64,000 nucleotides of DNA from Rhodosorus marinus CCMP1338 (Eukaryota > Plantae > Rhodophyta). Below, piece after piece: positions 10,712 through 30,140 of the stretch (position 1 is the stretch's first letter; every line of letters begins with the position of its first letter). Location: assembly GCA_029953675.1 (NCBI GenBank), contig JAMWBK010000007.1, positions 806,001 to 870,000 of the forward strand. Reading direction: 5' to 3'. A program made the translations under genes and the position numbers. The notes beneath the pieces were generated by a model that saw nothing but the letters and a program-made list of their open reading frames with translations, ran no database searches and had not been told where the DNA came from.

Positions 10712-13209
10712 TCACAGATGGGATGTTAATGACGACTGGGCAACAAGGATCCTCTCCGAGCAAATGTCGATCTCATCGTTGATCTTCCGCGCATCCGTCT
10801 CCGCCTCCCTTTGAGTCAGCTTTCCCTCGACCAGCTGAGCCGCAACGTTGCCAAGCTTTGCGTATCGATCGATGATTGCCTTGTGCAGAGATGAAACTGA
10901 CTCTGCGTTCCGTTTCTCACCGGTATCGAGCTGCAGAGGTTTTGCGTTCAAGAGTTAGCGCCGATGCAAGAGCTTCCTCGGCCATGGCCACAACCAACTG
11001 ACTAAGAACAGCTCACCTTAACAATCTCAGAGTACACGTACTCCAGATCTTTCAGCAACTCCTTCATCGAACCGATTACTCGGTTCTGGTCCTGTTTGAA
11101 CTTGACTGTTTCATCCTTCTTCCCAAAACTAATAACGTTGTCATTAAACGTGTCGCCGAGCTTCCCTAACGACTTTTCTACCTCAAGTAGTTTCTGGATC
11201 TCCTTGTAGAGCGCTAGCTCGCCGTCCTCTTTGTCAGAGTTCCGGTCGATTTTCAAGTCCGAGTGACGGACGACCTTGATGAGCATCGAGCCAGACACTA
11301 GTCAGCGATCTAGAGCTTCAAGCAATCTCAGCAATACCAGCCGAGAAGGTCTTACCAGGACAAGGACGAGGATACCGAACAAGATGAGAGCGAGCACAGC
11401 GATCGGGAACAGCAAGTGGATAGATGAAAAGCGATAGAAGATGTAAACCGTTGCCGGCGAAGCTGGATCGGCTACAAAATCGGACCTCTCCACTGAGAAC
11501 TGTTTCTTCCCGAGGTATGAAAGCGTTGGGTAGAACGTCTCTACCTTGAGGGCTTTAACGCTCGGTTCAGTTTCGACCAGTTTTACATCATAAGCCCCTT
11601 CAGGTAGCATCACCTGACGTTTCAAGAGGACCCAGTTTTTTGACGGTGACTCAGCGAGGGGCTTTGGATAGTCACGTCTTGGCTCTTGACTGGAATGGCG
11701 AGATCCGTACCCTGAAAAACGCCTTGTCAACTTGAAGCGGATCGGACACCGTCGGCTGTGCGCTGACCTTCACCACGTAGACGCCATTGTGGCTCTTCAC
11801 CGCACCAGACAGAGGCATCGTGTAGCCGAACCAATAGTAGTTCTTCCATCCACCTAGCAGCGGAAACCTGAAAATCGGTTCGAAGTATCTGCCTCTTGCT
11901 GTCGGCTCCCGCAAGCGTGAGGACGTAATGTTGCCGATCAAGTCTTCATAGTAAACGTTGTATGCATCCTAGGCTCGACGAAGGATTGTAACGAGTACTG
12001 AGCCGAGTTCACATTTCAGCAGAGAGGCGACCATCGAATCCTACCTTTGGAAGGTATACCGGAAGACTCTTTGCCGTGTTCACCATACCACCGGTCTGCT
12101 CGGCAGTAAAGTGTTCAACGCGCGAAAATTCGGTGACTTTCGCTCCGACGTTGCGGATGGTCACCTCCTCTACTACTGTCGCAGCGCCCCAATGGCTTAT
12201 GGAGATCTTCTTCTCGAACAGGCTCATCTTGAGGAGTGGGCCTTTCTCCCGAAATCTGGAATCAGGTACATATCCTACCAAGCTCAGCATGATACAATTC
12301 TCGCCTTCTACGTACAAGACGCGGTTCCTGACTTACCTGGCTGTGAACAGCTTTTCTGAGTACGGTGCGATCTTATAATATGGTCCAAGGAAGATGAACC
12401 TCTTATCGACTTTGGCAAATTCAGGGTCTCCTTCTTGGATGTTTATTTGATCCGAGTTAAGCGGGTAGATCACCTTCAACATATCAGTCTCGTAGGGAGA
12501 AAAGAACGACCACAACGCTCTCATCCTGAAGCCGCACAATATAACGAAAACGTAACCGTGTAAGATTCCTGTCGTTTTCACTCTCGAAAGCTAAACTTGT
12601 TTGGCGCTTCTTACAGATAGAAAGGTTCCTCCATGTGCCTCACTTCATCGCGGATCGGCGTAACGGCGTTGAGTATGTCGAGGTAGATGATGAATTCCTT
12701 CGTTTTCGACGACTGGATCGAATTGTTAAGTTTGATCTTGAATTCTGGATATAGAAATTATTCCATAAGCACTTTAGCTCAAAAAGTCTCCTCCAAATAG
12801 TGGACCCGGAAGTCGATGCTTTTGCGAGATACCTGTGTAATTTGATTCCTCTGAATTCTCTTCAACAAGTAACGAGACGAGAGGAGCTTCCTGCTCAACA
12901 ACTCTTATGTCCGTCTGTTCAAACGAAGGTGGCACTGCGAACTGGAAACTCTTAAAGTTTCCACGTCCGTCGTTTCTGATCTTCACCATGCACTTCAGTC
13001 GCAAAACGGGTCCCTTGAGCTCCTACTCCAGTCGAGATTCCAAGTATAACCAAACCAAAAAAAAAAGATTCAAAATGCCAGTCAAATACATCCACGAAAA
13101 AAGCCAAGACACAGCTTACACCCTCAATTGTAACATCCTCGTTCACCAGCTTCCCAACACAGCAGGTCGCCAGAAAACCTGCAATCAAGAACGGTACAAT
13201 GTACTTCAT
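10712..13209 (-). CDS. RPN1: Ribophorin I / oligosaccharyltransferase subunit 1 (multi-exon)
   Basis: Signal peptide MKYIVPFLIAGFLATCCVG; exons include KKISISHWGAATVVEEVTIRNVGAK, IGNITSSRLR..FRFPLLGGWKNYYWFGY, VMLPEGAYDV and TLSYLGK; a TM helix followed by a cytosolic coiled tail. Confidence 0.9.
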
Positions 13210-14280
13210 CACTTCTGTTCTCATGATCTGATAATACTTAACACAATATACAACCAACAATCAAAGCACCTCTTTTCTCAGTCCAGACGAGGACTTCCAA
13301 CCATCCTTTGGATCTACTCAGTCCTTCCTCCCCGAAACCCTATTGGATCGATCCATCTGCTGAGGACGTCAATTCGATTTCCTGGGGGGGGGGGCAGATT
13401 CTAGATAAAAGAAAATATTTTTAATATAGCTCAGTAGTATTTTAAATATTGATCATAATTGGATTATTTGTTTTGTTATATAAGTTTTAGTAGACTAGAA
13501 GGTTTAGATTTGGAGAAGCAACTCTAAACGGGAGTGTTGAGTTTCGCGAGACTCTAGCGATGGTCTTGAGGCTATGAAGATCGGTTTCTGCACGCTGGAT
13601 CTGGTCTTACCAACATGTGATATCGGCGTATCGACCCCTTCGCGGTGATACGAGCATTAGGTAGTCGCCGCATTATGCTGTCTTCTCGTGAAGCAAAACT
13701 TTTGCCTTCAAGGGTCTCTGCTGGGACTTGTCACAACGAACTTCTCGCATATCTGAACCGCTATTTTGACTATTTGGATGAGTATTGAATAGTCTTGAAC
13801 GTCTCTACAGCCCGTTGTGAGCGCGCTTGAATAGAAGCACGTCGATACCAGACAACGTTGTGTGAGTAAAGCCCTGGAGGACGTCATGGTGTCTGTGAAA
13901 ACATCGGCCATATGCAAAATCTATTCGAACAAGTCAACTAGTAGCAAACTATCTCATGCAATCAGCTCTTAGCACGAACTGCCGTAACCTTGGGCAGCTG
14001 CACGGGTCTTACCTCTGGTGCAGAGCGCGGAGGACGAAAGGTATCGTGAATGCTCTCCCTTCAAGGAAAGTGAGCGTTTGTTCGGATGTCATCAAAGTGA
14101 GATTTATTCTCGACGAGTAAGGATGGATTGTTGAGGACGACGAGGTCGAGAGAGATCTGCCAGCGCCAGTAATCGCGAGTGACATCCACCAACCGTACAA
14201 GAACTGGGTCTGCATAGAGGAAGAGACTTCTGCTTTGGTTACCTCTTGCTCGACGCCGAGACAAGCTCTGAGAAGCTAGA

Positions 14281-15419
14281 ATGGATGAACTTCGCAGCTG
14301 GTTTAACGTAAAACTGAAGGACTTGGGCTGGACTGGACTCGATGACGTGGTGGATTATGTGAGCGGCGTTGAGGACCAAGAAGAATCGCGGGTTTACCTA
14401 CAGTCTCTACTCGGCGGCGACCCTACGACGGAGGAGTTCATCTCCGCTTTTCTCTCGAAACTCTCGGAGGCTAGACGAAAGCCCACAGCTTGCAAGGCTG
14501 AGGAATCTTCGTCGACACCTCCGCCGTCGAGGAGCAAGTCTACGAAACGAGCTGAAAAAAAAAACAGACCGCGAGGGGTGAGTTCCGAACAGGCGAAACC
14601 TGAACCAGTCCTTGACGTGAGCTCCGCTGAAGACTATATGATCCGAGTAAGGGAGGCGAGGAGGAAACAGATAATCATCAACTGCCTTAGCTGCGGAAAG
14701 ATTCACATGACCGTCCCTTTTAGCGGTACATGTGAGTTTTGTGAGGTTCGGCTTCTCGATTCCGTTGTACCCACAGAGGTATAAGCAGAGCTAAACTGCT
14801 CCAAGCGGGTCGACACATACATCTAGACGCGAAAATTCATTCGTCGTGTGCGGGCTTTTGGATGTGCAACCATAGGATGCAATAGAGCAGAAGGATCGGC
14901 TTCTTGAATTCGATAGAAACGTCGCGAAGAGGACAACTGTTTTGGACGATGACAACGACTTTTACGATAGCGAGGCGATGAACTGGATGTCAAACGATGA
15001 GAGGAACCAGCTGAACAAGCGAATGGAGAGCAAGGAGCAGGAAGCGGAGAGATCGCGTCGGGAGTACGCAGTTGTGCTAGATCTTAGCGGTCGTCGAGTT
15101 GTCGCCGCTGGGTCGGCTTCCGGTCAAGGTGAGTGATGGTCGGGTCGTTGAAGGAAGTTTTACGGTGTTGCTCAGGTTCTCACTCAACTCGATGTCGCTG
15201 TGCCGTTCATCAGAGGCTTCAACGGAGACAGCGGTCGCGGACGATGTCACTCCACAGGGACCTCCTCGTCAACCGGCTGGGCCGTTGAGGATGGCACCGA
15301 GTGCGAGCCTCTCTGGTGCATCACCTCAGTACATCCGATCAACGTTAAGTTCGGACATGGACAGCGGTGTTCGCTTGAGTCGAGTTTCACACCGTGTCCA
15401 GCGAGACGAGCAGGTATAG
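14281..15419 (+). CDS. TRIP4: Activating signal cointegrator 1 / RQT4-like zf-C2HC5 protein (3' end approximate)
   Basis: N-terminal PWI-like region, zinc finger NCLSCGKIH..CEFC, then KDRLLEFDRNVAKRTTVLDDDNDFY and VVLDLSGRRV. Introns near 14780-14875 and 15129-15200. Confidence 0.85.
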
Positions 15420-15446
15420 ACAACTCAATGATTTCTCAAGTATGGA

Positions 15447-18400
15447 TTATTCTCCTACTTCGTCATCGCGAACGGGCTCCTCCTCATCCTTTGCGTCGAT
15501 CCTTTGCTGAGCCCCTTCGGGTGCGACATCAGATCCAACTAGCGGGGTCTTAACTGGATTGGGAAGGTCGTACTTGAAGCAGAGGAACTCCACCTCGTCC
15601 TTGGGCATTAACGGTGTGAGTGAAACCTTACCGCGCCACATGATGAGACAGTCGTCCGACGACTGCATCAGGAGGAGATTTGATGAGGAGCTCAGTCAGG
15701 CTTTTGCGATAGAGATTCGGCTCTCCGGACTTGATGTCGGCTCACCTCCTTTCGAAAGACGACAGCACCAACGGATACTCTTTCAATCTCCTTCCGAGTC
15801 TCTTCATCATCGACCTTATCGAAAAGAAGGCTTTGTGAAACCTGCAGCAGCGCGGAAAGCGTTTCCTTCTTGACGTAGATTACCCTAATTCCAAAGAGAT
15901 AGACGATGAGAAAATGCAGGAATAGGAAGACCGCTTCAAGGCGAGAGGCCCATGAGTGTGAAGCGGGACTACCTCTTTGTCAACACCGGTAGGAGGATAT
16001 GCAGGGTATCAAAAGCTATTCGATAGGAACACTCAGCACCATCTCTGGGGCACTTTTCAAACCCACGAACCCCGGCGCTCAGCACCTGAGAGAAGCGAGG
16101 AAATTTCGGCTTGGTTTTAGCGGAGAGAGTGGGACACCAAAAATCTACGATCAAGGATGACGTAAAACCCAGTACCCGAAGCTGCTGTTTCAAATCTGGA
16201 GCATACACGAATTCGTCCAGTATTTTCTGACCTTTCTCCGGGATAAAGGACAACTTCTTCGACTGCTTCTCAGAGCTTTTGCTGTATACGCCCTTCATGA
16301 CCCACTCCGGTTCAAACCCTATCGAAGGCCCGCCGACATTTTCTTCAACAACCTCGCTGCAGGAGTGCGGATGGTCTTGGAGTTTAGGACTTACCGTAAA
16401 ACTCCTTGATCTCCTTGGCCAGGGTCGGATTAACTTCATTGATACGAGCCAACGGATCGCTTGATAAGAGATTGTTGTACCCTCTACGGTTTCGCGTGTC
16501 CGGTCGTTGTCTCGGTACTCTAGCAGATCCCTCCGTAGCCACTGTGAGATCACGAAAACACGTCAGACGTGCTGATAGCTCCCTGTGACTTCGCTCAACT
16601 AGGCGTACCTGTGTCCACAACGGGGGCGTCTCCAGACTTGCGCAGAACGGCCACGAAAAAGCCTCCAGTGTCCTGGTCGTGAGGAACGACTCTGACACAT
16701 CTCTTCAGCAGCAATGACGTCGGCGCGCTTTCCGCCGGAGGGAACATGGACTCCACTACAGACCTTCTTCTGTGCTCAGGAACCTATTTACAAAAGCAAC
16801 GAGGTTTTTAAACGCGGTCAATGACCTTGAGGAGCATAAGCGCGGGGTATGCGCACGAACGCATGTCACACCTGCTCAATGGACGTGTACCAAGTCTGAT
16901 CAGGACTTGTATCCTTCACAGACCATGTAATTAGCCCGTCCCTTCTCTTGAAGCCCGTTAGCTTGTCCGACACATCGACCTATCCAGCTCAGAAGTTATC
17001 CCTTCGTCAGATTGTGGTGTGAACGAAAAGTACGAGCCGAGGGATGCGAGGCTTACAAGTTCGATGATAGAACCGTACGCATTCAATAGCGAGTTCACGA
17101 CTGCTTCGTTCTCCAAGGGGTTGAAAGAACAAGTAGCATAGACCATCGTTCCGCCGGGCTTTAAGAGATCGAAGCCACGTCGACCGATCGCCATTTGAAG
17201 CTTGTGCAGTCCGTGCGCTTCTCTATGGTTCCATTTTACCCACATATCAGGCGCCTGTGTTTGAAGAGAGAGGTGGTGCAGGGTCGCGAGGGATCTTTAG
17301 TTTGAGCGGAACGATCCCACCTAGGTTCACGCGATCAGTACCTTTCTAAGCGTTCCATCACCGGAACAGGGAACGTCGCATAGCACTCGATCAAAGCTCA
17401 GACAAGGTGGAAAGTGCTGTGCTTCATGGTTTGTGACCAGAAGATCCGCGCATTTGAACCTCTTCAGCTGGTGACATAACATGTTGCATCTGTTTTGAAA
17501 CGCCAGCGAAGGGAAATCGGATCGTCAGGGAGCTGACAGACCAATGAGCTTTTCCAATAACGCTCAAGCTGCTTACCTCCTCAAGTCAGAGTCATTAGCG
17601 ACGATCAGACTAGGCTTTGAGCTGTCGGTGGGTGACTGCAGCGCATCTAGAATTTGAGCAGTCTTGGATCCTGGTTGACAGAGTCAGGGAGGACTGTTTT
17701 AAGCGCCGGAGTCGGTGAGCTTTATCCTCCATGGGGATGTTCCGGAGGGGGCTAAATCCTCCGCGCCATGGCTGACAAGTATATTGAATGGTTGTTCCTA
17801 CCCGGTGCTGCACAGAGGTCGATGACAGTCTGTCCGGGATGCAGATCGAGAAGCAAAGGTGGTAGCATGCTGACGGCCTCTTGGCGATTGATGGCTCCGA
17901 TACCATTCTGCTGAGTGATGAACTTTTGAAAGTCTTTGAGCTTTTCGTGTTTTCGGAGAACCGGCCTTGGGACGTTGAAACTCCAAGCCAATCCGTCTGG
18001 ATACCTGTAGCGCACCACGAGAGAGAGTGGAGTTAGCTCGTGTTTACAGATCCATTAGGAGCTTTCAACGATTCCGACTGCAAATTTGCGCACCAGAGCA
18101 GCTTCTTTGGCGCGAGAATAACCATCCCATCCTCCAACTCAATACCATCGAACAGCTTCGTGAATTTGTTTTCCACGAGATCCATGATTTTGTTTTTTAC
18201 AGATGTGGAACTTGTTACTCTGAATGCGGTTCCCAAAGGAACTCTAAGCTCCTCCATGAACCTGTTTTGTGGGATACGTTTTCAATTCAAGGTCTCAAAC
18301 AAAAAAAAAACGAGCCGTCCACTAGCAAACCCGCTTATCGACACTTACTTGTCAAACTCGTCATCAGGACAGATCTTCTGCCTTCTATAATACTCCTCAA

Positions 18401-18530
18401 ACTTTTCGTTGCTTCTCTCAATGAACTGTGTCTCGCCGTCGGGCCTGCCGTACAGAGCCACCCTCCCATCCCCACCACGGGCTCTTTTCCGGTTTCTTCG
18501 GCCGGATTTTTCGGTAGATTCCTCAACCAT
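15447..18530 (-). CDS. NSUN2: tRNA (cytosine-C5)-methyltransferase NSUN2/Trm4 (multi-exon)
   Basis: FEEYYRRQKI, LRVPLGTAFRVT, GAINRQEAVSMLPPLLLDLHPGQTVIDLCAAPG, DVPCSGDGT, VYATCSFNPLENEAVV and the C-terminal SAGVRGFEK..YRIAFDTLHILLPVLTKR. Confidence 0.93.
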
Positions 18531-19123
18531 ATCTATCCTACGATCAATTAATCCTCAGTGCATAAGCAATCGAACCTTCCTCGACCCTCCTTAATCCAAC
18601 AAAACCAAAATCCGGCACCCCGGTAAAAGACAGAAAAATTAGCAGCTCAGCTCTAATCCAGCCGCCAGCGCTCTTCATCCAACGCCAGCAGAACCTCACA
18701 GAATCTCTCACGAAATCTTTCCGTCTAAAACCAGACAAAAGGCAACATATCCGTAACCACTACGTCTCTATCCAGTCCCAACTGTCACACCTTCCCCGCC
18801 ACGAACTCATCAAATTTCCCAGACCAACTTGTCCCAAAATGCGCCGGCCGTGAACCTCTATTATCAAAATAAAAACAGTTATCAGTCATTTATTAATTTT
18901 TAGTAAGTATGATTGGTAGTTAATATTCTACTAAATAAAATAATTAGACGGTATCAATCTTTATTGTGGGACAAATAATGGGACATTGGAGGATGAAACG
19001 TTGTGCGTTTTAGACAGATGAGGATGGAGAATGGGGTGAGTGCGAGTATGCGTTGGAGGCTTCTGTTAAGCCATGTGGTGCCTGTATATAGACCTAGCAA
19101 AGGATAATTAGGGACGTAAGAAC
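18531..19123. promoter_or_regulatory. Candidate bidirectional promoter between NSUN2 and RPA1
   Basis: About 590 bp between divergent ATGs, with a very AT-rich core at ~18860-18950. Confidence 0.5.
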
Positions 19124-25913
<6,790 letters not shown>

Positions 25914-25991
25914 GGGGGCTAGGAACGCAGTCGAAGGGATCGATGACGCCGACCTTGCCAACGATGAGACAGCGATCTTTGTGCGTGAGCT

Positions 25992-26575
25992 TCAGCAATT
26001 CAGCCTCCCAGTTCTTCTACCGGAGCCGGCCAGCATGTGTTTGCATCGACTGGACCACGTGGTGACAGTGGGCAGCACTCTCAGCCACGAGACCCGCGGA
26101 GTCGGCAAGAACGCAGAGGACTCCCGGGGTGCATTTCCATAGTTTTTGTTAATAGTTTCACCAATGAAAGACGTCATATGTTCGCGATGTTTCCAAGGAG
26201 TTCAAGACACGCATTGACAAGAGGCACAACCTGCGTTCTAGAGACTGCACCGTGAACCGTGCAGCAAGCGAACGACGTTGGCAAAGCTTTCGCAATCCCC
26301 CTCGGATCTGCTATTGTGACCGCATCTGCTGATATTCCCAAGTGGCTCAGAGGAGGTTCATCAGGGTCTGCCGGCAATCAAAAATCACTACGATTATCAT
26401 CCGGGTATAGTTGACGATCCCGTACCTCCAAAGACGGTTCGGTGTAGTTGCTGAACATCTGTTGCCGCGTCCGCCGTTCACACTTCGAGGAAGAAAATGA
26501 AGCAGCACCTTGGTGGGAGAGCTCCCTGAAGACCATTCTAGACTGTTCCTCCAGTGCATTATCAGCCACGGTCAT
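25992..26575 (-). CDS. Possible small multi-exon hypothetical gene (helical/ARM-like fragment)
   Basis: Splice-like junctions (gaggtacggg, gccggcag) and the fragment VVPLVNACLELLGNIA; no complete model could be built. Confidence 0.2.
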
Positions 26576-26849
26576 CGTTTGTCAGTCCGCGCTGCGGCAA
26601 CGGCGTTCACGACATGTCTGCGCTTGCATGTAGCTCGGACTCCTTCGGTATACCATTGAGCAAAGCGTTCGTTTGGAGATCGAAAAAATAGTAATTTTAC
26701 AGTTCAATCCCATCCTTGCTACAAAGACGGTGGAAAACCCTCCTTCAGGAAGAAGCTTCAAGGCCTCTTCTACATCCAATAAATATATGACGATATGTAC
26801 AAGAGCACCGTCGGAGTCAACAATGGCCAGCTTCCGCGCGTTCGAGAGG

Positions 26850-28538
26850 CTAAGAGTTGCGCCTACTCTCTCTGGTTACCTCAAAGCCTGCAAAAGTCTC
26901 GTCATCGCTGAGCTCAGTCTCAAGATCCAGCTCTACAGACACGCCCGTGTATTGGGAGAGGTCCAGTGGGTCACGTACGTCGGGCTTGATTGGAGGTGGC
27001 TCGTTGCGAATCAGCTCAAATTGCAGGCCATGAAACCACGGGTGCCTCTTCAGCTCCGTTGCTCCAAGCTCGTGACATATACGCCTCTCTGGATCCTTGT
27101 CCAGTAGCCTCTTGACCAGATTTTTACAAGATGAAGACACCGAAACGCCCTTTGGCCAGACCACGTCGCCGTTCTGAATGCGGTCAAAGGTATCCTTCCG
27201 ACACTCACCAACAAAAGGCGTCTTTCCGCATATCATCTCATAGATTAAGATCCCCAAAGTCCACCAATCTACAGCGGCAGTCTGGGAACAGCCTTCTATC
27301 ACCTCCGGAGCGAGGTATTCCTCAGTACCCACAAACGAATTGCTATTTGGAAGTATCGGCTCGCAGTCTACAATATCCAGGTCGTAGTTAAGGGACTTGC
27401 TCCGTCCTACCAAATCCACAACCAAACCAAACGCGGTGAGCAGAAGCCTGAAACCGCGAAAGCCCCAAGCGCTATCTCTTGTTTACCTTTCGGTCGACCA
27501 TTTCTACCCCGTCGGAACAAACCCTTCTTCTCCTTCTTCGCTACCATCGGAAGCCTGTAAGCGCCTTCTTTCGATAGATCAAAATCCGTTAGAGCAATGT
27601 GACCATTGCTTCTCATGAGGATGTTCTCTGGCTTCAAGTCTCTATACACGAATCCCATGCAGTGGAGATACTCCAAAGCCAGGATGACTGTTAGCGACAA
27701 GATGGGGTGAAGGAGCTTTTCTTTTTTCAGCCGGTTGGGCAGAAGGAGCATTAACAAGCGAGACCTCGAGCAGATCAAACACTGACCTTCGGCGGAGTAA
27801 AACATTGCATCTTTCTCAGAAAGCCGTTGCAAAGGCTGTCTCTGAAGGAAAGCGAAAAATTCGCCGCCGGCAAAGTATTCCATGATGAAATAGAGCTTCT
27901 TCTTCGTCTGAAAAGACGCATAGAGCGTTACAATTAAAGGGTGGTTAGAGGTTCGAAATATTTCTCGTTCGGTCATCACTCGGTTAACCTGCAGACACGA
28001 CACTCACGGAAAGTTAAAATGGGCCATCCTCTCCCCCTGTGCTTAGCTCGTTGCTGAATGTCTTACCTTGTTCCTAGCGATCATCTCTGTCTTCTTCAGT
28101 TCTTTCATGGCATACACTCGATCAGTTCCAACAAGGAGAACAAGAAGAACCTTCCCAACACCACCTGTGCCAAGGACTTTAAGAGGCTGGAACATGTCAA
28201 GTCGCACCTGGTGTTTTTTTTCCAAACCAAGCTTCAGCAAGAGAAACAAGAAAACCAACAAGAACGGGAAAAAGAAGAAGGACACGAAGAAGAACACGTC
28301 TTACGTGGTTGTCTGGTACAGGAAAATCTTCAGTATACATACACGTTCCTTCGCCAGTATCGCTTTCCTCATCAGGAGACGTCCCTTCAATCACCTCCGG
28401 CACAAACCCAGCCGGTACCGAACTAACATTCTCCTTTACGCTCTCCAATCCATTTCCCTTCTGTACAAACTTAGCAACGTACCAATCCGCCAACTTTGGC
28501 CTCATCGGACCCACACATTCTTCAATCCCATCCGCCAT
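26850..28538 (-). CDS. AGC Ser/Thr kinase, DFD-type (AGCVIII / Fpk1-Nrc2 / phototropin-kinase-like) without LOV domains
   Basis: VLGTGGVGKV, YAMK, YRDLKPENIL, LTDFDLSK, an insert, SNSFVGTEEYLAPE, HPWFHGLQFELIRNEPPP; several GT-AG introns. Confidence 0.9.
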
Positions 28539-29314
28539 CTCCCTAACCACCTCCTCCAAAACCCACTCAGATCCTTACCCAACTGTACAAGTCCAATTCA
28601 CTTCACCTTGTAATCACCTCAAATCGATAATTATCATTCTTAAATCTTATACTATATCCTCAAAATACTCCTCAACTACCTCTCAGTCCCCTCTCCAGTC
28701 CACCCCAACCTCCCTCTTCTTACCTTCCATCAGTTCTCCCCGCAATTTTTTACCAACAGCACCTAAGGAACCCGACCCGCACCAAAAAAAAAAAGGTTCC
28801 GAATTGTCTTATCGTCACTCGTTTTATATCCTAATATCGATCCTAATATTTCCCAATACATTAATTATTCCTTATCTGCTCAAAAACAGTGGTGACAATA
28901 AAACATCTCCCCCCACAAGAACGATCATACGCCGTTAGTAGAGTTCGTTATTCGTCATCCAAGATTCGATAAGAATATTCCCCAAAAACCATTCTTTATT
29001 TACTAAATACATTTTATGTGAAGAAAAAGTTGGGTGACAGTTGGAGTATATTTCGCATATTTGATCTAAGAGTCTATCAACAAATCAATCGTTTTATGGG
29101 ATTAATTGTATTAATTATTTTATTTAATACCGATATTTTGTTTATTTTGATTGAATAGAAGATGACTGTTAAATGTGTTTTTGGATCCAACTGCATTATT
29201 TCAGTTGGAGGCAGGAAAATTTACGTCACGGGAAAGTTTTTAAAAATCGATATTTTGGATGGGATGTCATTAGCTTCGAGTTTGGGCTTTGGGTGGGAGA
29301 GACCGTCGTGTGCT

Positions 29315-30022
29315 CTGTGAGGAGTGCTGTTCCCGGCAAATTTTCTTAGATTGATGCTCTGGTTGACTTGTCCTGCTTGGCTACTCCCCCGCCCAACGTC
29401 TTGAGCTGGGACGCCGCAAAAATTGGGAAACGGAAGGTTCTCTGTGTGGGTACTCTGCACCCACGACTTGACCGCGGTTATGCGTTCTGTGAGGAGTGCT
29501 GTTCCTGGCAAATTTTCTTAGATTGATGGTCTGGTTTGACTTGTCCTGCTGAGCTCCTCCCCCACCCAACGTCTCCCGCTGGGACGCAGCAAGAATTGGG
29601 AAATGGGAGATTCTCCGATGGGGTACCCCGCAACCACGACTGGACCGCGGTCGAGCGTTCTGTGAGGAGTGCTGTTCCTGGCATTTTCTTAGATTGATGC
29701 TCTGCTGGACTTGCCCTGCTGAGCTCCTCCCCCGCCCATCGTCTTCCGGGTGGACGCAGCAAGAATTCAGAAACGGGAGATTCTTCCCTGGGTACATGCC
29801 TCCACGACTTGGGGGGCGGTCGAGCGCTCTGTGAGGAGTAGCGTTCATGGCAATTCTTAGATTGATGCTCTGGGTAACTTCTCCTGCTAAGTTTCTCCCC
29901 CGCCCAACGTCTTCCGCTGGGACGCATTAGAATTAGGTAAATTGGAGGTTCTCCTTCAGTACCTGCCTCCACGACTGGACGGCGGTTGAGTGATCTGTGA
30001 GCAATGCTGTTCCTGGCAATTC
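29315..30022. repeat. ~170-bp tandem repeat array (4 units plus a partial fifth)
   Basis: Unit start ctgtgagga/ctgtgagca at 29315, 29487, 29660, 29829 and 29995 (periods 172, 173, 169, 166). Shared blocks include ttcttagattgatg, ccccgcccaacgtc and ccacgact. Confidence 0.95.
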
Positions 30023-30140
30023 GTAGGCTGCTACGCTAGTTCAAATGGTCCAGCTGAGCGTCCCCCTGCTTGGCAGTAGCAAAGAATACGGCGGATTGCG
30101 CCGTTGGATGCTTGACTGCAGAAAAGCCGTTGAACCCTAC

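Noticed and set aside
13520-14264. Minus-strand ORFs head-to-head with TRIP4
   Set aside because: The ATG is only 17 bp from the TRIP4 start, frames close early and there is no recognisable motif.
28309-28938. 209-aa Ser/Pro-rich plus-strand ORF
   Set aside because: Antisense to the kinase 5' region; compositional artefact.
29221-29972. Three overlapping repeat-containing ORFs of 96-164 aa
   Set aside because: Unit lengths are not a consistent multiple of 3 and the repeat shifts frame; these are by-products of the DNA satellite.
29315-30022. CRISPR-like array
   Set aside because: Whole units are homologous with no unique spacers, and the context is eukaryotic with no cas genes.
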